Positions 42,135 to 54,971 of a DNA stretch of 64,000 nucleotides are shown piece after piece. Numbering within the stretch: position 1 is the stretch's first letter; every line of letters begins with the position of its first letter. The stretch is from assembly GCA_964016885.1 (NCBI GenBank), contig OZ024743.1, positions 50,778,001-50,842,000 on the forward strand. Direction: 5' to 3'. The stretch is from Eledone cirrhosa. Taxonomy: Eukaryota. The notes under the pieces are model-generated. The model was given only the letters and a program-made list of their open reading frames with translations, made no database searches and was not told the DNA's origin. A program made the position numbers and the translations under genes.

Positions 42135-44354
42135 TTACATTTTATATATATATTTAAAAGTTGAATTTAAACGATGTTTGCAAGAACTGACTAAATTATT
42201 CCTTAAATTAACAGAATTCTTACTTTTTAATATAAAGAATATTTCTTCTATACAAAGAGCGCAATTTTCGGATAAAGCATTGAATGAAGGAGCTTTGGAG
42301 ATAATATTCCAAAGTAAAGAATAGTTAATGTTCTTTGATTTTAGGTCCCATAGTAAATTAGATAGAGAAGTCGAAGATGTTTTACTAATATTCGTAAAAG
42401 AGCATTTGTGGTTATTAAAACGGGACTTGAAATCTGTGGAGGTAGAGCCTACATAATTAAAGGAATTTACATTAGTTTTTACATTACAATTGTATGCTAT
42501 ATTTTTAACTAAACAGTTATTATTTAGAGGACAGTTAGATTTATTTCTACAGTTACATTTATCTAAATTTAAGTTATTAGGAGCCGTACTATTATATTGG
42601 ATATTGCTAGGGGTATTAATGGTATTCTGGTTAGGTTTTAAGTTTCTATTATTAATTCTATTAATATTCTGCGCTAAATTCATAGTGGTGGAATATGATA
42701 ATTTGATAGTATGTCTATTAAATATTGAGTAATATCTATGTGTTCTAGGAAAGCATTTATCTAGAGCTTTAAAGAATAATTTAGCAATAGGAGTTTTAAT
42801 ATTTAATGAGAAAGGGGGAGCGAACCATAATATATTTCTAGTTCTATTTCATCTTTTGGTTTTCGAGTTATTGTAAGGTTTTCTATTATAGTTTTTATAG
42901 TTATGGTTAGTTGGCACATCGTTATTATCAATGTATTTAATTTTATTACTATATCCTGCTCTACCTAACGCTTCGTTATAATATTGTGCTTTATCTTCAA
43001 AAATATTCTTATTAGCTGAAATGCTAGAAATACGTTGCTGCACAGAATTTACTATAGTGTTTTTAACGGATCTGGGGTGATTGGAATTAAAGTTAACATA
43101 GTTTAGATTCTCATTTATTTTATGAAATGGATAATAAAGACCTGTGTTAAGGTTTAAAGTTACATCTAGAAAGTTAACTATTTTATAATTATTCTCTACT
43201 TCTACTTTAAAATTAAGGCAATTAAAAAATTGTATAATTTCTTTTCTTTTCCTATTTATTTCACAATTATTATTATTTTCTATAAGTAATAGCATATCGT
43301 CGCGATATAAACCACCGGTCATCTCCGGTATTTTCCTATGTAGAGTATTATTAATAAAAAGCCCCACAAGATCCGTTATTTGTGCCGAATCTGATGACCC
43401 CCATAGTAATATCAAAATGCTGTCTGCTCTAGTCCAGAGGTGATTGTTAAATTTAATTAATGTTTTCCGTGCAGTTAAGATAATGTGCATTTCATTACTA
43501 GTTAAGCCTGTATGTTTAAATGCATATGTAAGGGATTTATTAAGTAGATTAGGAGTGATGGATGAGTAATAATTAGCAATATCCAATTGAGTAAATTTAT
43601 CATTATAGTTATATTTAATGTCCTTAAACCAGTCGATAACTTCGTTAGTCCCTTTCCATAATTTTAAATAAGATAATTCCTTAGTTTGTGGCATGATTCT
43701 GTCTAAAATATTCTTGCTAAGTATGCCAAGGTCCGATTTAGATGGTGCAATCAATCTAACTGGTAATTCAATTTCAAAATTTCTTTTCTGGTCCTTCATA
43801 TTAATTTTTGGTTTCTTAGGCATGAAGGGTTGAGTCCTATTTTCGATGCCTAATTCCTGCATTATATAAGAAGTTTCCGTATTTAGTTTTTCAAGGTCAT
43901 CACTGGTTGTTTTTTTTTTTTTGTATTTCTTCCTTAGTTCCTTCAATATAAGATCGTTGTAAATATCCTTTTGCATTCCACAAAGATTGTTGGTTTTATC
44001 TGACTTGACTAGAATTTTTTCCGTTTTTTCAAAGCTTTCTATATTATTTTTGAGATTTTTTACGTAATCCTGGCCTACGAAGTTGTTTTTCTTAAATTTA
44101 ATGCTTTGTATGATAGAGATAATCTCATTTTCAAATTCCATTAGTAGTTTGTGGGAAGGTAAATTCTTTTTGGATTTGAAGAGTCTATCAAGATTGGAAA
44201 TATTCTTTTTTACATCAGATTTATCGAAATGAAAAGCTCGCCATCTGAGTCTTCTTATAAATGAGTCCGATTTTTCTATGAGTTGTTTTAGAAAGTCTTT
44301 ATTCCTAGGTAAAAGTATGTCCTTTAGAGAAGAAGAGATCTTAAAGAATTCCAT
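42135..44354 (-). pseudogene. Penelope-type RT plus GIY-YIG with one in-frame TGA at 42849-42851
   Basis: YRDD; the frame continues NRTRNILWFAPPFS into CNCRNKSNCPLNNNC, YVGST, CALC, CKH; local compensating frameshift (SILILLW) before GSSDSAQ. Confidence 0.9.
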
Positions 44355-44543
44355 TTTTAGTCAGTTATAATTTAAAGCGCTCAACAGTAAAGGAGCAAAA
44401 TATATGCAGAGGTTATATTTAATTTGTTGGGATACAACAAGCTTAAAAATATTTGTTTATAACTGATATAAAGCACTCAACAGTTTATTGGAGTAAATAT
44501 ACAATATATTAACAAATGAAAACTATATTTATAAAACCATATT

Positions 44544-44601
44544 TATTTTATTATACATATTTCAAGGGCCACCAAGGTGGTGGCTTTCATCAGATAAAAT
44601 A
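44544..44601 (-). ncRNA. pLTR hammerhead motif of copy 2
   Basis: TATTTTAT-CTGATGA-AA GCCACC acctt GGTGGC CCTT-GAAA-TATGTA-TA-ATAAAATA. Confidence 0.72.
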
Positions 44602-44704
44602 CAATACAGATTAGTTTTAAAAATAAATATTGACATACTCTGAAAAAATATATATATATATGTAAGAATATTTTCGAAACAGCGAGCGAGTTTGAAATTA
44701 GAAA

Positions 44705-44894
44705 TATAAGCTATCGCCGTATTTTGACTAAAGAAATTACTTAGCCTGATAGTGGGGTTAAGAACCCTCGGAGAAATGGAAAAAGATGAGTATTGACGTA
44801 CATGTACGTCAATACTCATCTTTTTCCATTTCTCCGAGGGTTCTTAACCCCACTATCAGGCTATGTAATTTCTTTAGTCAAAATACGGCGATAA

Positions 44895-44900
<6 letters not shown>
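44705..44900. repeat. Spacer-less palindrome with 98-bp arms
   Basis: Centre GACGTACA|TGTACGTC at 44802/44803; two mismatches seen. Confidence 0.95.
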
Positions 44901-44942
<42 letters not shown>

Positions 44943-44957
44943 TATATACATACATAG

Positions 44958-45002
<45 letters not shown>

Positions 45003-45174
45003 AGGTGCATTATTGGTTGTGTAACATGGTCCAATAAATTTATGTTAGCAATATTAAGTTCTCCACGCTTTTGTCTATCTCCAATTCCATTCAAGGGAAC
45101 AGCTAGATGACGTAAAACGAAGTATAAGTATCAAAATGAAAATCCGAAGGCAAGGTAAAATTCCAATCATTTAA

Positions 45175-45248
45175 TCACGACACATGTTTCAATAAGAGAT
45201 AGATCGGTTGTGAAGCCACGATCGATTATCACTGATCTCATCAGGTGA
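45175..45248 (-). ncRNA. Minimal hammerhead motif
   Basis: TCAC-CTGATGA-GAT...ATT-GAAA-CATGTG-TC-GTGA. Confidence 0.62.
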
Positions 45249-45745
45249 AAATGAATTGTCTTCAAATTCTTGATATGAGGGAGAAGAAATAACGTTGTTC
45301 TCTCACAGAATTCATTCCCTCATATGAAGACACACCAGTCAGAGACGCGGCGACTGCTATTAACTTCAGTTGAGGTCATAAAAGTTGTCAGATTTCTATT
45401 GCTGCAAAAGACGCTGGACATCAATCAAATCTGTAAGGATATTGTCGGTCACAGTTAATGTGAGTGGGTACACACACTCCACACCCACATACACCGGCTC
45501 GAGGTCAAAGAAAAATATATACATATATATACACACATCAACACAGTATCAAACCTGTAGAATTATGGAAGGTCTCAGTTAGTGTGGGTGGGTACGCACA
45601 TACTCTCACACACACCGAAGCGATGTCAGAGAAAATAACAAATATAAGAAAACAAATATAAGGATGTACCAATACAGCATTCACCGAAAGTTAGTTCACA
45701 AAACAACAGATGCTACATTGGTCAAATCTCAATTTGACGATGTAA

Positions 45746-46004
45746 ATTCCTTCGATAAGATTGACCAATTTAGAGACAGTTAAATTAGCTTCATACACAA
45801 CACCTATGTATATATATATATATTGGTAAAAGGAAAAGAAAATGCTGACAAATTGTTCCCAGTGAAAAATAGTTTAATTAGGAATAAGTAAAAATTAGTA
45901 ATAAGTATTGGTTAGTATTCAGTTTTGGTTTTAAGTTTTTACCGGTTGCACATTTCTAATGCTTTTCAAAAATAATTTTGAGATAGAGCGCCCGTGATGT
46001 TTGC

Positions 46005-46095
<91 letters not shown>

Positions 46096-46767
46096 GAGAT
46101 ATCCACGGTAAGTTCTGGGGTCTAGTCTGCATGAAGAACTCAATGTAATCCGTATGTTGAAAATGTTGTAGGTTAAAATAAATCCCGGAAAACAATAAAA
46201 CATTAAAAGGAAAACAGAGTCATGATATAAGTTAAAACAATGAAATAAAAAAATCAAGTCATTAGAAATATACTTCACTGCTTTACGATCGTTTCTAGGT
46301 GATGATAATACATTGTAACTATACTTGTTAAGATGTTAACATCATATGGAAAAAGACAATCTGATTGGTTAGTTCTTCAACTACCTCCAAACAAGGTCAT
46401 ATAACTAAACATAATACTAATTTACTACTAATTTTGAATAAAATTATTATTGCTTTTGACAACAGTTGGTGATATGCATGTAAGTAAATATTCTCTTTAT
46501 CTGATATTTTGTAACTAACCTTACATAGATCGATATCGAAGTATAGTTACGATGTATTATGATCAACTAGAAACGATCGTAAAGCAGTGAAGTATATTTC
46601 TAATGACTTGATTTTTTATTTCATTGTTTTAACTTATATCATGACTTTGTTTACCTTTTAATGTTTTATTGTTTTCCGGGATTTATTTTAACCTACAACA
46701 TTTTCAACATAGGATTACATTGAGTTCTTCATGCAGACTAGACCCCACAACTTACTGTGGATACCTC

Positions 46768-46799
<32 letters not shown>

Positions 46800-46862
46800 C
46801 ATACGTGTTGTGTATGAAGCTAATTTAACTGTCTCTAAATTGGTCAATCTTACCGAAGGAAT
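45746..46862. repeat. Inverted repeat (arms 45746-46326 and 46539-46862); the left arm carries a later insertion
   Basis: Arms align as reverse complements once 45821-46010 is removed. Confidence 0.88.
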
Positions 46863-47485
46863 GTTTCCTGAAGTCTAAATTGAATATTTCGATGCTAGGA
46901 GTTGAAGTTGTCAGATTCGGTTGGTTCTAATAATGAAGTCCTCTTGATTTTTATCCTGTCTGAGAAGAGGGACAAAACACAAACATACAAACACAGAAGA
47001 CATCGCTCACATGACATATGATGTGAGGGAAAACATTGGAGTGAAGGGAGGGAGAATGTAAGAGAGAGGGGGAGAAGGGAGGAGTGAGTAAGAGGGGGAG
47101 GGGGATTGGAAAACAGGCAGAGAGGTGGAGAGAACAGAGGAGAGAGGGGGGCTGGAGGGACAGGCAAGAACGTAGGGAAGGGGAGACTGGCAGAGAAGGA
47201 GAGAGATTGAGAGAATATGTGAGTGCTAAAAAGAGAGAGAGCTTGTGAGTAAGGGAGAGGGAAAATGAAAGAGAAAAAGAGTAAGAGCGAGAGTAAGAAA
47301 GAGGGAGAGAGAGAGAGGGGGTGAGAGAGAGAGTTACAATGAAAAATAGAGGGAAAGAGAGAAGAGAAAAGAAAGAGGGAGAAATATTAAGATAAATGTC
47401 TTCTGGTGACCTTTTAGCAAAAACTAAAAAGTTAAATGAAATTCACTGAGTAATAATTACAGCGGAGAACTGTAGCAGACACAAC

Positions 47486-47679
<194 letters not shown>

Positions 47680-47744
47680 CGTATATATATAGTGTGTATG
47701 TGTGTATATATATGTGTGTAGTGTGTGTGTGTGTGTGTGTTATT

Positions 47745-47929
47745 ATTGGCAGTATCGGTAGAGGATCGGACGCCATGCTTTGCTGCATAGAGTTACGTCC
47801 CTTTGCGGTCTGAGTTCAAATCCCGCCAAGCTTAACTTTGCCTTTCATCCTTACGGGGTCGATAAAATAAAGTACCAGTAATGCACTGGGATAATTGCTG
47901 ACCTTGTGCCAAAAGTAGAAACAATTATT
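47745..47929 (+). mobile_element. SINE family A (another copy at 48255-48411)
   Basis: Family A sequence. Confidence 0.85.
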
Positions 47930-48559
47930 ACTGACATCTCAAGAGGATACCATACTTCGGTTCCCGTTAGGTTTCATTAGTTTATTTATTTTTTGACCGT
48001 CTTTAAGCTTTTGTTGGGGTTTTAAACTTGACAAAAGTTTGGAAAAACTGACCTGATTGACACAGGTGGGTCAGTCATGCTCACACGGCACCCCACTGAA
48101 GGGGTGTCGGCTATGTAAAGTTTTGGAGAGAAAAATGTTTTTCCTTTGTTCTAGTCCCGTAAGTCCCCTTCCTCCGTGTGTTCGTGGTAAGTATAATCTT
48201 TCTACATCTGATTTTGGATGGTGTGTTCTAACTGCAGTCATTATTTTTCTTATTGAACGCCATGCTTTCTAGCATAGTTACGTCCCTTTACAGTCTGAGG
48301 TCAAATCCCGCCGAGGTTAACTTTGTCTTTCATCCTTACGGGGTCGATAAAATAAAGTACCAGTAATGTACTGAGTAATTGCTGGCCTTGTGCCTAAAGT
48401 AGAAACAATTATTTTTCTTGTTTCTTTTTTCTGTCTATCCCAGCTAGTTCTGTTAGTGTCCAGTCCAGAATATTAACGCCGTAGATTATTCTTTGTATTT
48501 ATTTCAGTTTTAAGTAGTAATCTAGTTCGTCTATAGCGTCCCTTTCTAATCTTCTCTTT

Positions 48560-48985
48560 GAATCCTATCTAATTCGTTGATCCCTAAGTATTTGTATGTA
48601 TGTCTTTGATCTAATTCTCAGTGCTGATAGGGAGTCCCCTTGAAATATCCCTTTGTTGACTGGGATGGGCTCGTTTTTTATAGTTTCTTCATTCATTTCT
48701 ATTTGCAGGGCTGTTTGCCAGATACTCATGACATGCTCAATAAATGTTTTTATTGTTGGTGATGCTTTATTCATAACTAATATCTTCTTCTTCTTCTTCT
48801 TCTTCTTCTTCTTCTTCTTCTTCTTCTTCTTCTTCTTCTTCTTCTTCTTCTATAATTATTATTCTTGCTGTTGTTGTTATTGTTATGATATCGGACTGAC
48901 CATACGTATCCCACTTCGTTGCTCGCTGTTCATTTGTTCTTATTTGGTTTTAATGAACATTTTCCAAATTTTGGTCGGCATTTTT
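48560..48985 (-). mobile_element. Degenerate R4-like RT fragment
   Basis: IWQTAL...NKGIFQGDSLS; split by (TTC)n. Confidence 0.55.
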
Positions 48986-49011
48986 ACATGTATGTATGTA
49001 TACATGTATGT

Positions 49012-49620
49012 CAGGTCACCAGTTGGTGCTACTGATAACATGTATCTCAGTACAACCTGTTACATGGTCGGGTCGTTGGCGACTAAACTGGCAACCCCCA
49101 CCAAGGTTTCTTGGTGAGAAGGGTGACTTTGGACATCCTGCAGGACTAAAAACAAAACCTGTCAAAGGGCAAAGGAGCTCTTAAGAGTCAATGGCCATCC
49201 AAAATCACCGGGAGAGATGACCCCTTAGCCTTTGTCAAGGCAGAATTCTAGGGGAAGGAAAACTCTGATATAACACCTGCAACCCTGATGGTATCCAATG
49301 ATGTTGACTTGTTCTTCTTTTTGGTAAATATCATCTTGGTTAAGAAAGTGGGACTGGCTTTGTGCAGTGCCTTTGCTCACTATAAAAGCTTCACGGCACA
49401 GGCATTGCTTTATATCTGGAGATCTCTCTGCAATTGTCGTCACATGGTACCATTGGCCCAGCACTATGTGTCAATAATTGTCACAAGTGTAGTGTTTGTA
49501 CGAGTGTTTTCAAGTCACTGGCTGGACTAAAAAGTCACACTCGTTCAGCGCATCGGTAGGGGTTCTGCTACATGGATATAAAGTAGTGGCCGTACTCGAA
49601 AACGAGTTGGCAGCCACCAT
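49012..49620 (+). mobile_element. Non-coding retroposon of about 610 bp in (TATG)n; 5'-truncated copies at 49768-50066, 53172-53507 and 55060-55645
   Basis: Four near-identical copies share the 3' end CTCGAAAACGAGTTGGCAGCCACCAT(GTAT)n and have variable 5' ends. Confidence 0.85.
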
Positions 49621-50082
49621 GTATGTATGTATGTATGTATGTATGTATGTATGTATGTATACATGTATGTATATATGTATGTATGTATATATGTATGTAT
49701 GTATCTATGTATATATGTATGTATGTATGTATGTATACATGTATGTATATATGTATGTATGTATACATGGTAAATATCATCTTGGTTAAGAGAGTGGGAC
49801 TGGCTTTGTGCAGTGCCTTTGCTCACTATAAAAGCTTCACGGCACAGGCATTGCTTTATATCTGGAGATCTCTCTGCACTTGTCATCACATGGTACCATG
49901 GGCCGAGCACTATGTGTCAATAATTGTCACAAGTGTAGTGTTTGTACCAGAGTTTTCAAGTCGCTGGGTGGACTAAAAAGTCGCACTCGTTCAGCGCATC
50001 GGTAGCGGTTCTCCTACATGGATATAAAGTAGTGGCCGTACTCGAAAACGAGTTGGCAGCCACCATGTATGTATATATGTAT

Positions 50083-53000
50083 GTTGTTCTGGTTTTATAA
50101 TTTCACAAAGTTTTACCAATAGAGAGAGAGTCGGTTTCTAACATAGACACAAGACTCTCTCATTGGAATTTACACAACATCAACTAGGTAGATATGTATG
50201 TATGCATGTGTAGATGTGGATGTTATTGTATGTGTAGATGTGGATGTTTTGAGTTGTATGTGTGCATGTGTATATGCTTTGTATCTATCTGTACATGTGT
50301 ATATGCAGTTATTAGATGCAAAATTTTTGGAAAGTTTTACATATTTTTATTGTTCCATTAATGGATTGTACTTGTAATTTCCTAACTAGTTGTGTTCTTT
50401 CTGTTCCTGTGAAGCCTAGCTTCTCAAAATTTGTATTGCAGAAGTTACTAACATATCCCAGTGCCCCAATAATCACAGGCATAAATCTGAAGGGGTAATC
50501 AGGGTGGAGTATCTGCAGATTCCTCATCAGTTCTGCATAAATATTCTCCTTTTCACTAATCTTTGATATTATATTGGCATCTGCTGGGCAGCTAATTTCC
50601 ACTACTGTGCATGTTTTCTTCTCCCTGTCCCATATCATAATATCTGATCTGTTATGCCTGCATTTTATTGGGGTTTTTACTGGAACATTCCACCAGTACT
50701 CTTTCATATTATGTACATGGATGTCTTCCACATTGCTTTAGCTTTTAATGTTTATTATCGGGGCTATCTTTTTACGAACTGCATTGACCAGTGTGTTGGC
50801 CACTACATCATGCCTCATAGGTAGATAGTACCGCGATGAAATCTTTGGACAGCTGCTGATGACATGGGTGATATCCTCGTTGTTAGTTCTGCAGAGTCTG
50901 CACTTGTTATCACATCTAGGTGTTTTGCCTGCATCCCTATCTCTTTTGAGAATCAGGTATTTCGTGCTAATCCCCTGTTCCTGGATTGCAAAAGCGTATC
51001 CTTCAAAGTGGGAGCCAATATAGCGGTTGTTGGTCCAAGATAGACTACTTTCCTTATCCATATTACTCTCACTCTGGAGCTTCCTGGCAACATATCCATG
51101 CATGATTTTTTGCTGATAGGCATGCAGTTTTTCATCCATAGATTCACTGCGATACTGCTGAGCGACATCCCTGGGTGTGAGTTTTTGATTATCACACAGG
51201 GAATATCTCTTAAGGAGTTCCTTCCAAACTCTCATGATCTTATCTGTTTCATGCAGATAGACTTGCTCGAGAAACGGGCTCCTACGTTTCGAGGTTCGTA
51301 GATGTTGTCGGAGAGATATGATGCGACATTCAAATGTTGTCTGGACTGATGTTAGGCTTCTGCCTCCCTGCTTACGTTTCAAGTAAAGGCGGTCTATGTC
51401 ACTGTTGATGTGGAATTTTCCGGTGTTGTTCAGTATTTTTCGAGTTCCAACATCAACTGCTCGGATTTCATGTGTCGTCCAATTGAGTATTCCAAACGTT
51501 GGTGTTAGGACAGGCACAGCAAACACATTGTGAGCTACTGTTTTGTTTTACGCAGAGAGTTCCGATAACCAGATCTTTCTTAATCGGGTGTAGTATTCCG
51601 TGGTTACGCGTTCTTTATTACAGATACCATTATAGGATATGTTCTCATCTATCCCCAGTTATCTGTAGCAGTCCTCATCAGGTATCGGTGAAACAGTTAG
51701 GCCATTGATGACAATGTTGCTAGATTGAGTTGTTGTTTTTCCCCGCTTTACAGTCATGTATGAGCATTTATCTTGGCCAAACTCCATTCCTATATCCTTT
51801 GAGAACGTTGTAACCAGGTCAAGATTTTTCTTCATCCCATCCATGTTCTTGGCATAGAGTTTCAGATCGTCCACAAAGAAATTATGGGTTAGGTTCGTAT
51901 TTCTGTCCTCCTGTGAGCCAATGATGTATCCCTCACATTTCTTGAGCAGAAAGGACAAGGGGTTTAATGACAAGATGAATAATATCACATAGAGACTGTC
52001 CCCCTGAAATATACCCCTGCAATATTTTATTTTATCAGTGAAAATAGAGTCCTCCCTCTCTGTGTTTAACCTTAGGATAGTAGCCCAAGAAGAAGACAGC
52101 CTCTCTATGGCTCTGACAATAATGCATGGGACTTTAGCAAGTTGGAGGGCCTCTATCATCCAAGAGTGAGGAACAGAATCGAAAGCTTTCCTGTAGTCCA
52201 GCCAGACTGTCGTCATATTCCTCCTAAGTTGTCGCACCTCCGACATCGCAGTTTTGTTGATTAGGAGTTGTTCAGAACATCCCCAAATCCCTTTCTTTCC
52301 AGCTGCTTGTTCATCTGTGATGATGTTATTATTTTCCCAGTGATCTTTGAGGAATAGATTTAGGCAGGCTGTATACATCTTATACATCAGGTTCTGGCAT
52401 GCAATGGGTCGGTAGTTTTTTGCCAAGTGGGTGTCTTTGTTCTTGGGGACCAGTAATGTTTGTGCTAATGTCAACCATTCTGGTATAAGTGTATCTCCCT
52501 TAAGAACTTGTTGGTAGAGGTCAGTAAGATACCTCCGATAGAATATCAGTTTTTTGTACCAGTAGCCGACAATCATGTCTCTTCCTGGTGTTTTCTTATC
52601 TTGGAGTTTTCCTATCACAGTCTCAAGGGTATCCTCACTTATTTAGTGTTTTTGTTGTAGTGTAGGAGCAATAGTTCTTTCGAATTTCTCTTAGCCACAC
52701 TGCATCTTGGTTGAAATTCTTCTTTTCACCCCATATTTTTCTCCAAAAGGAATCTATGTCTTTCTGGGATGGGGCCTCAGTGACACTTATTATTTTGCCC
52801 TTCATATCTCTATATACTGATGTTTGGTTTCGTCTGAATCTTTTATTAGGCACTTTTCTCTCATCTACCTTCTTCGGGTATCGGCGTTTTTCGCTAACAG
52901 CTCTCAATTCTGGTTTCAGGGTGATCAGCTTATATTGGAGAGTTCTGGTTCTACTGTTACCAAACATCGTCTCTATTTTATTTTTCACTCTTTGTTGGTG

Positions 53001-53108
53001 AGGAGTGAGGTTTTTTTGTGTTTGTTTGCATGTAAGGAGCATTGTCACATATCCTATGTTTTTTCGTAGGTCAGCAATCTTTTTTTCTATTTTAGTTATA
53101 TATGATGG
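50083..53108 (-). mobile_element. R4/Dong-clade non-LTR retrotransposon A (RT, CCHC, restriction-like endonuclease), frameshifted and 5'-truncated
   Basis: NYRPIAC, WLDYRKAFDSVPH, GIFQGDSL, FVDDLKLY, CRLC..HVISSC, RHD, HNRSDI..VVEISCP. Confidence 0.9.
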
Positions 53109-53140
<32 letters not shown>

Positions 53141-53635
53141 CATGTATGTATGTATGTATGTATGTATGTATACCCTGATGGTATCCAATGATGTTGACTT
53201 GTTCTTTTTGGTAAATATCATCTTGGTTAAGAAAGTGGGACTGGCTTTGTGCAGAGCCTTTGCTCACTATAAAAGCTTCACGGCACAGGCATTGCTTTAT
53301 ATCTGGAGATCTCTCTGCACTTGTCGTCACATGGTACCATGGGCCCAGCACTATGTGTCAATAATTGTCACGAGTGTAGTGTTTGTACCAGAGTTTTCAA
53401 GTCGCTGGCTGGACTAAAAAGTCACACTCGTTCAGCGTATCGGTAGGGGTTCTCCTACATGGATATAAAGTAGTGGCCGTACTCGAAAACGAGTTGGCAG
53501 CCACCATGTATGTATGTATGTATGTATGTATATATGTATGTATGTATGTATAAATGTATGTATGTATGTATGTATGTATGTATGTATGTTTTCTTAAGGC
53601 CCGGTCGTATGTATGTATGTATGTATGTATATATG

Positions 53636-54929
53636 TTATCTCTTTCTCTTAATTTCGAGTATATTTTTTGACCGGCCACCTTCCTGGTGGCAAGGTTGTA
53701 AAAGAAAAGAAATTGTCATCGCTTGAATCGCAAGAATGTTTTGCAAATTTTGAAGGTGCCAGCTATCGCAGCCATTTGTAGACCAATTAGGGAGCTGCGT
53801 TCTTTGTCCGAAAATCCAAGTTCAGTCATACTTTGGTTCAAGCGGGTTGGAATATAACCCGTAGCTCCAATAATGATGGGTTTGAAGCTAAAGGTGTATC
53901 TTGGATACTGGATTTGTAAACTCCTCATCAATGGTCCGTATATGTCCTCCTTCTCCTGTATTTTTCTGACAACGTTTACATCAAGTGGGTAGCTGACCTC
54001 CACAACAGAACACGTTTTCAATGTGTGGTGCCAAACAACAATATCAGGCCGGTTGTGCTTTAATTTGGTGGCAGTTTTTATTTTCAGGTTCCACCAGTAT
54101 TCCTTAGTGCCATCTGTCTTAATATATTCTTCCTCGTTTGTTGTTAATTTTGTTTTCCGAAGTGCATTCCTGATGGTTCTAGCTATCCCATCGTGTCTCA
54201 TGGGGAGGTAGTAGCGAGATGACATTCTTTCGCAGCTGGCAACAATGTTGCTTACATCCTCGATCTTTGTTTTACATAGCCTACATTTATTGTCAGCTGC
54301 TGGCCCTCCTCTTTTGTGCAGCAGATATTTGGTAGGGAGTTCTTGTTCCTGTATTGCATAGAGATATCCCTCAAGGTGTGATGTCAGAAACTTGTCGGAA
54401 CTCCATGCCAGGCTTTTTGAGTGGTTTATCCCCTCTATGGTCTGTGTTTTACGTCTCAAGTATCCATGCACAACTTTTTCTGTAAATTGGTCAATTTTTT
54501 CATCTTCTTTGAACATTGAATAGGATCTTCCGATTTCTCTGGGTGAGAGATTTATATCAGGCTTTATTCCATATCTCTCCTCCAGATCAGTGGCTATCCT
54601 AATGATTTTTTTTTCATGCTCATAAACCTGGGCAAGATGGTTGACAACCTTCTTTCTCTGTTGAAGATGTTGCTTCAGTGTTACTATCTGGGTCTCATAT
54701 GATGTTTATATGGATTTTAGACCCCGGCCACCATCCTTGCGTGAGAAGTATAGCCTATCCACATCACCATTGATATTAAAGTTCCCAGTAACACTGAGAA
54801 GTTTGCGAGTTCTAACATCGATCTCACTTAGTTCTTGTAATGACCAGTTCAGCAGGCCAAATGTTGGCGTTAGAATTGGCACAGCATAAGTATTTGTTGT
54901 ACGCTGACAGTTCTGATGACCATATTTTC
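53636..54929 (-). mobile_element. R4/Dong-clade element B, 3' portion (distinct family)
   Basis: YAVPILTPTFG, GGRGLKSI, CRLC, RHD, HNRPDIV..VEVSYP; 3' UTR hairpin GCCACC/GGTGGC. Confidence 0.87.
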
Positions 54930-54939
54930 TGTATGTATG

Positions 54940-54971
<32 letters not shown>

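Larger units (their letters stand above)
41000..44650 (-). mobile_element. Penelope-like element (Naiad-type), copy 2, diverged from copy 1
   Basis: ORF and 5' region homologous to copy 1; long AT-rich 3' UTR; left end approximate and no 3' pLTR seen. Confidence 0.85.

Noticed and set aside
42849-42851. In-frame TGA as selenocysteine (some Naiads are selenoproteins)
   Set aside because: Aligns with Arg in copy 1 (KRNRTRN), not a Cys; no SECIS recognised; this copy has other lesions
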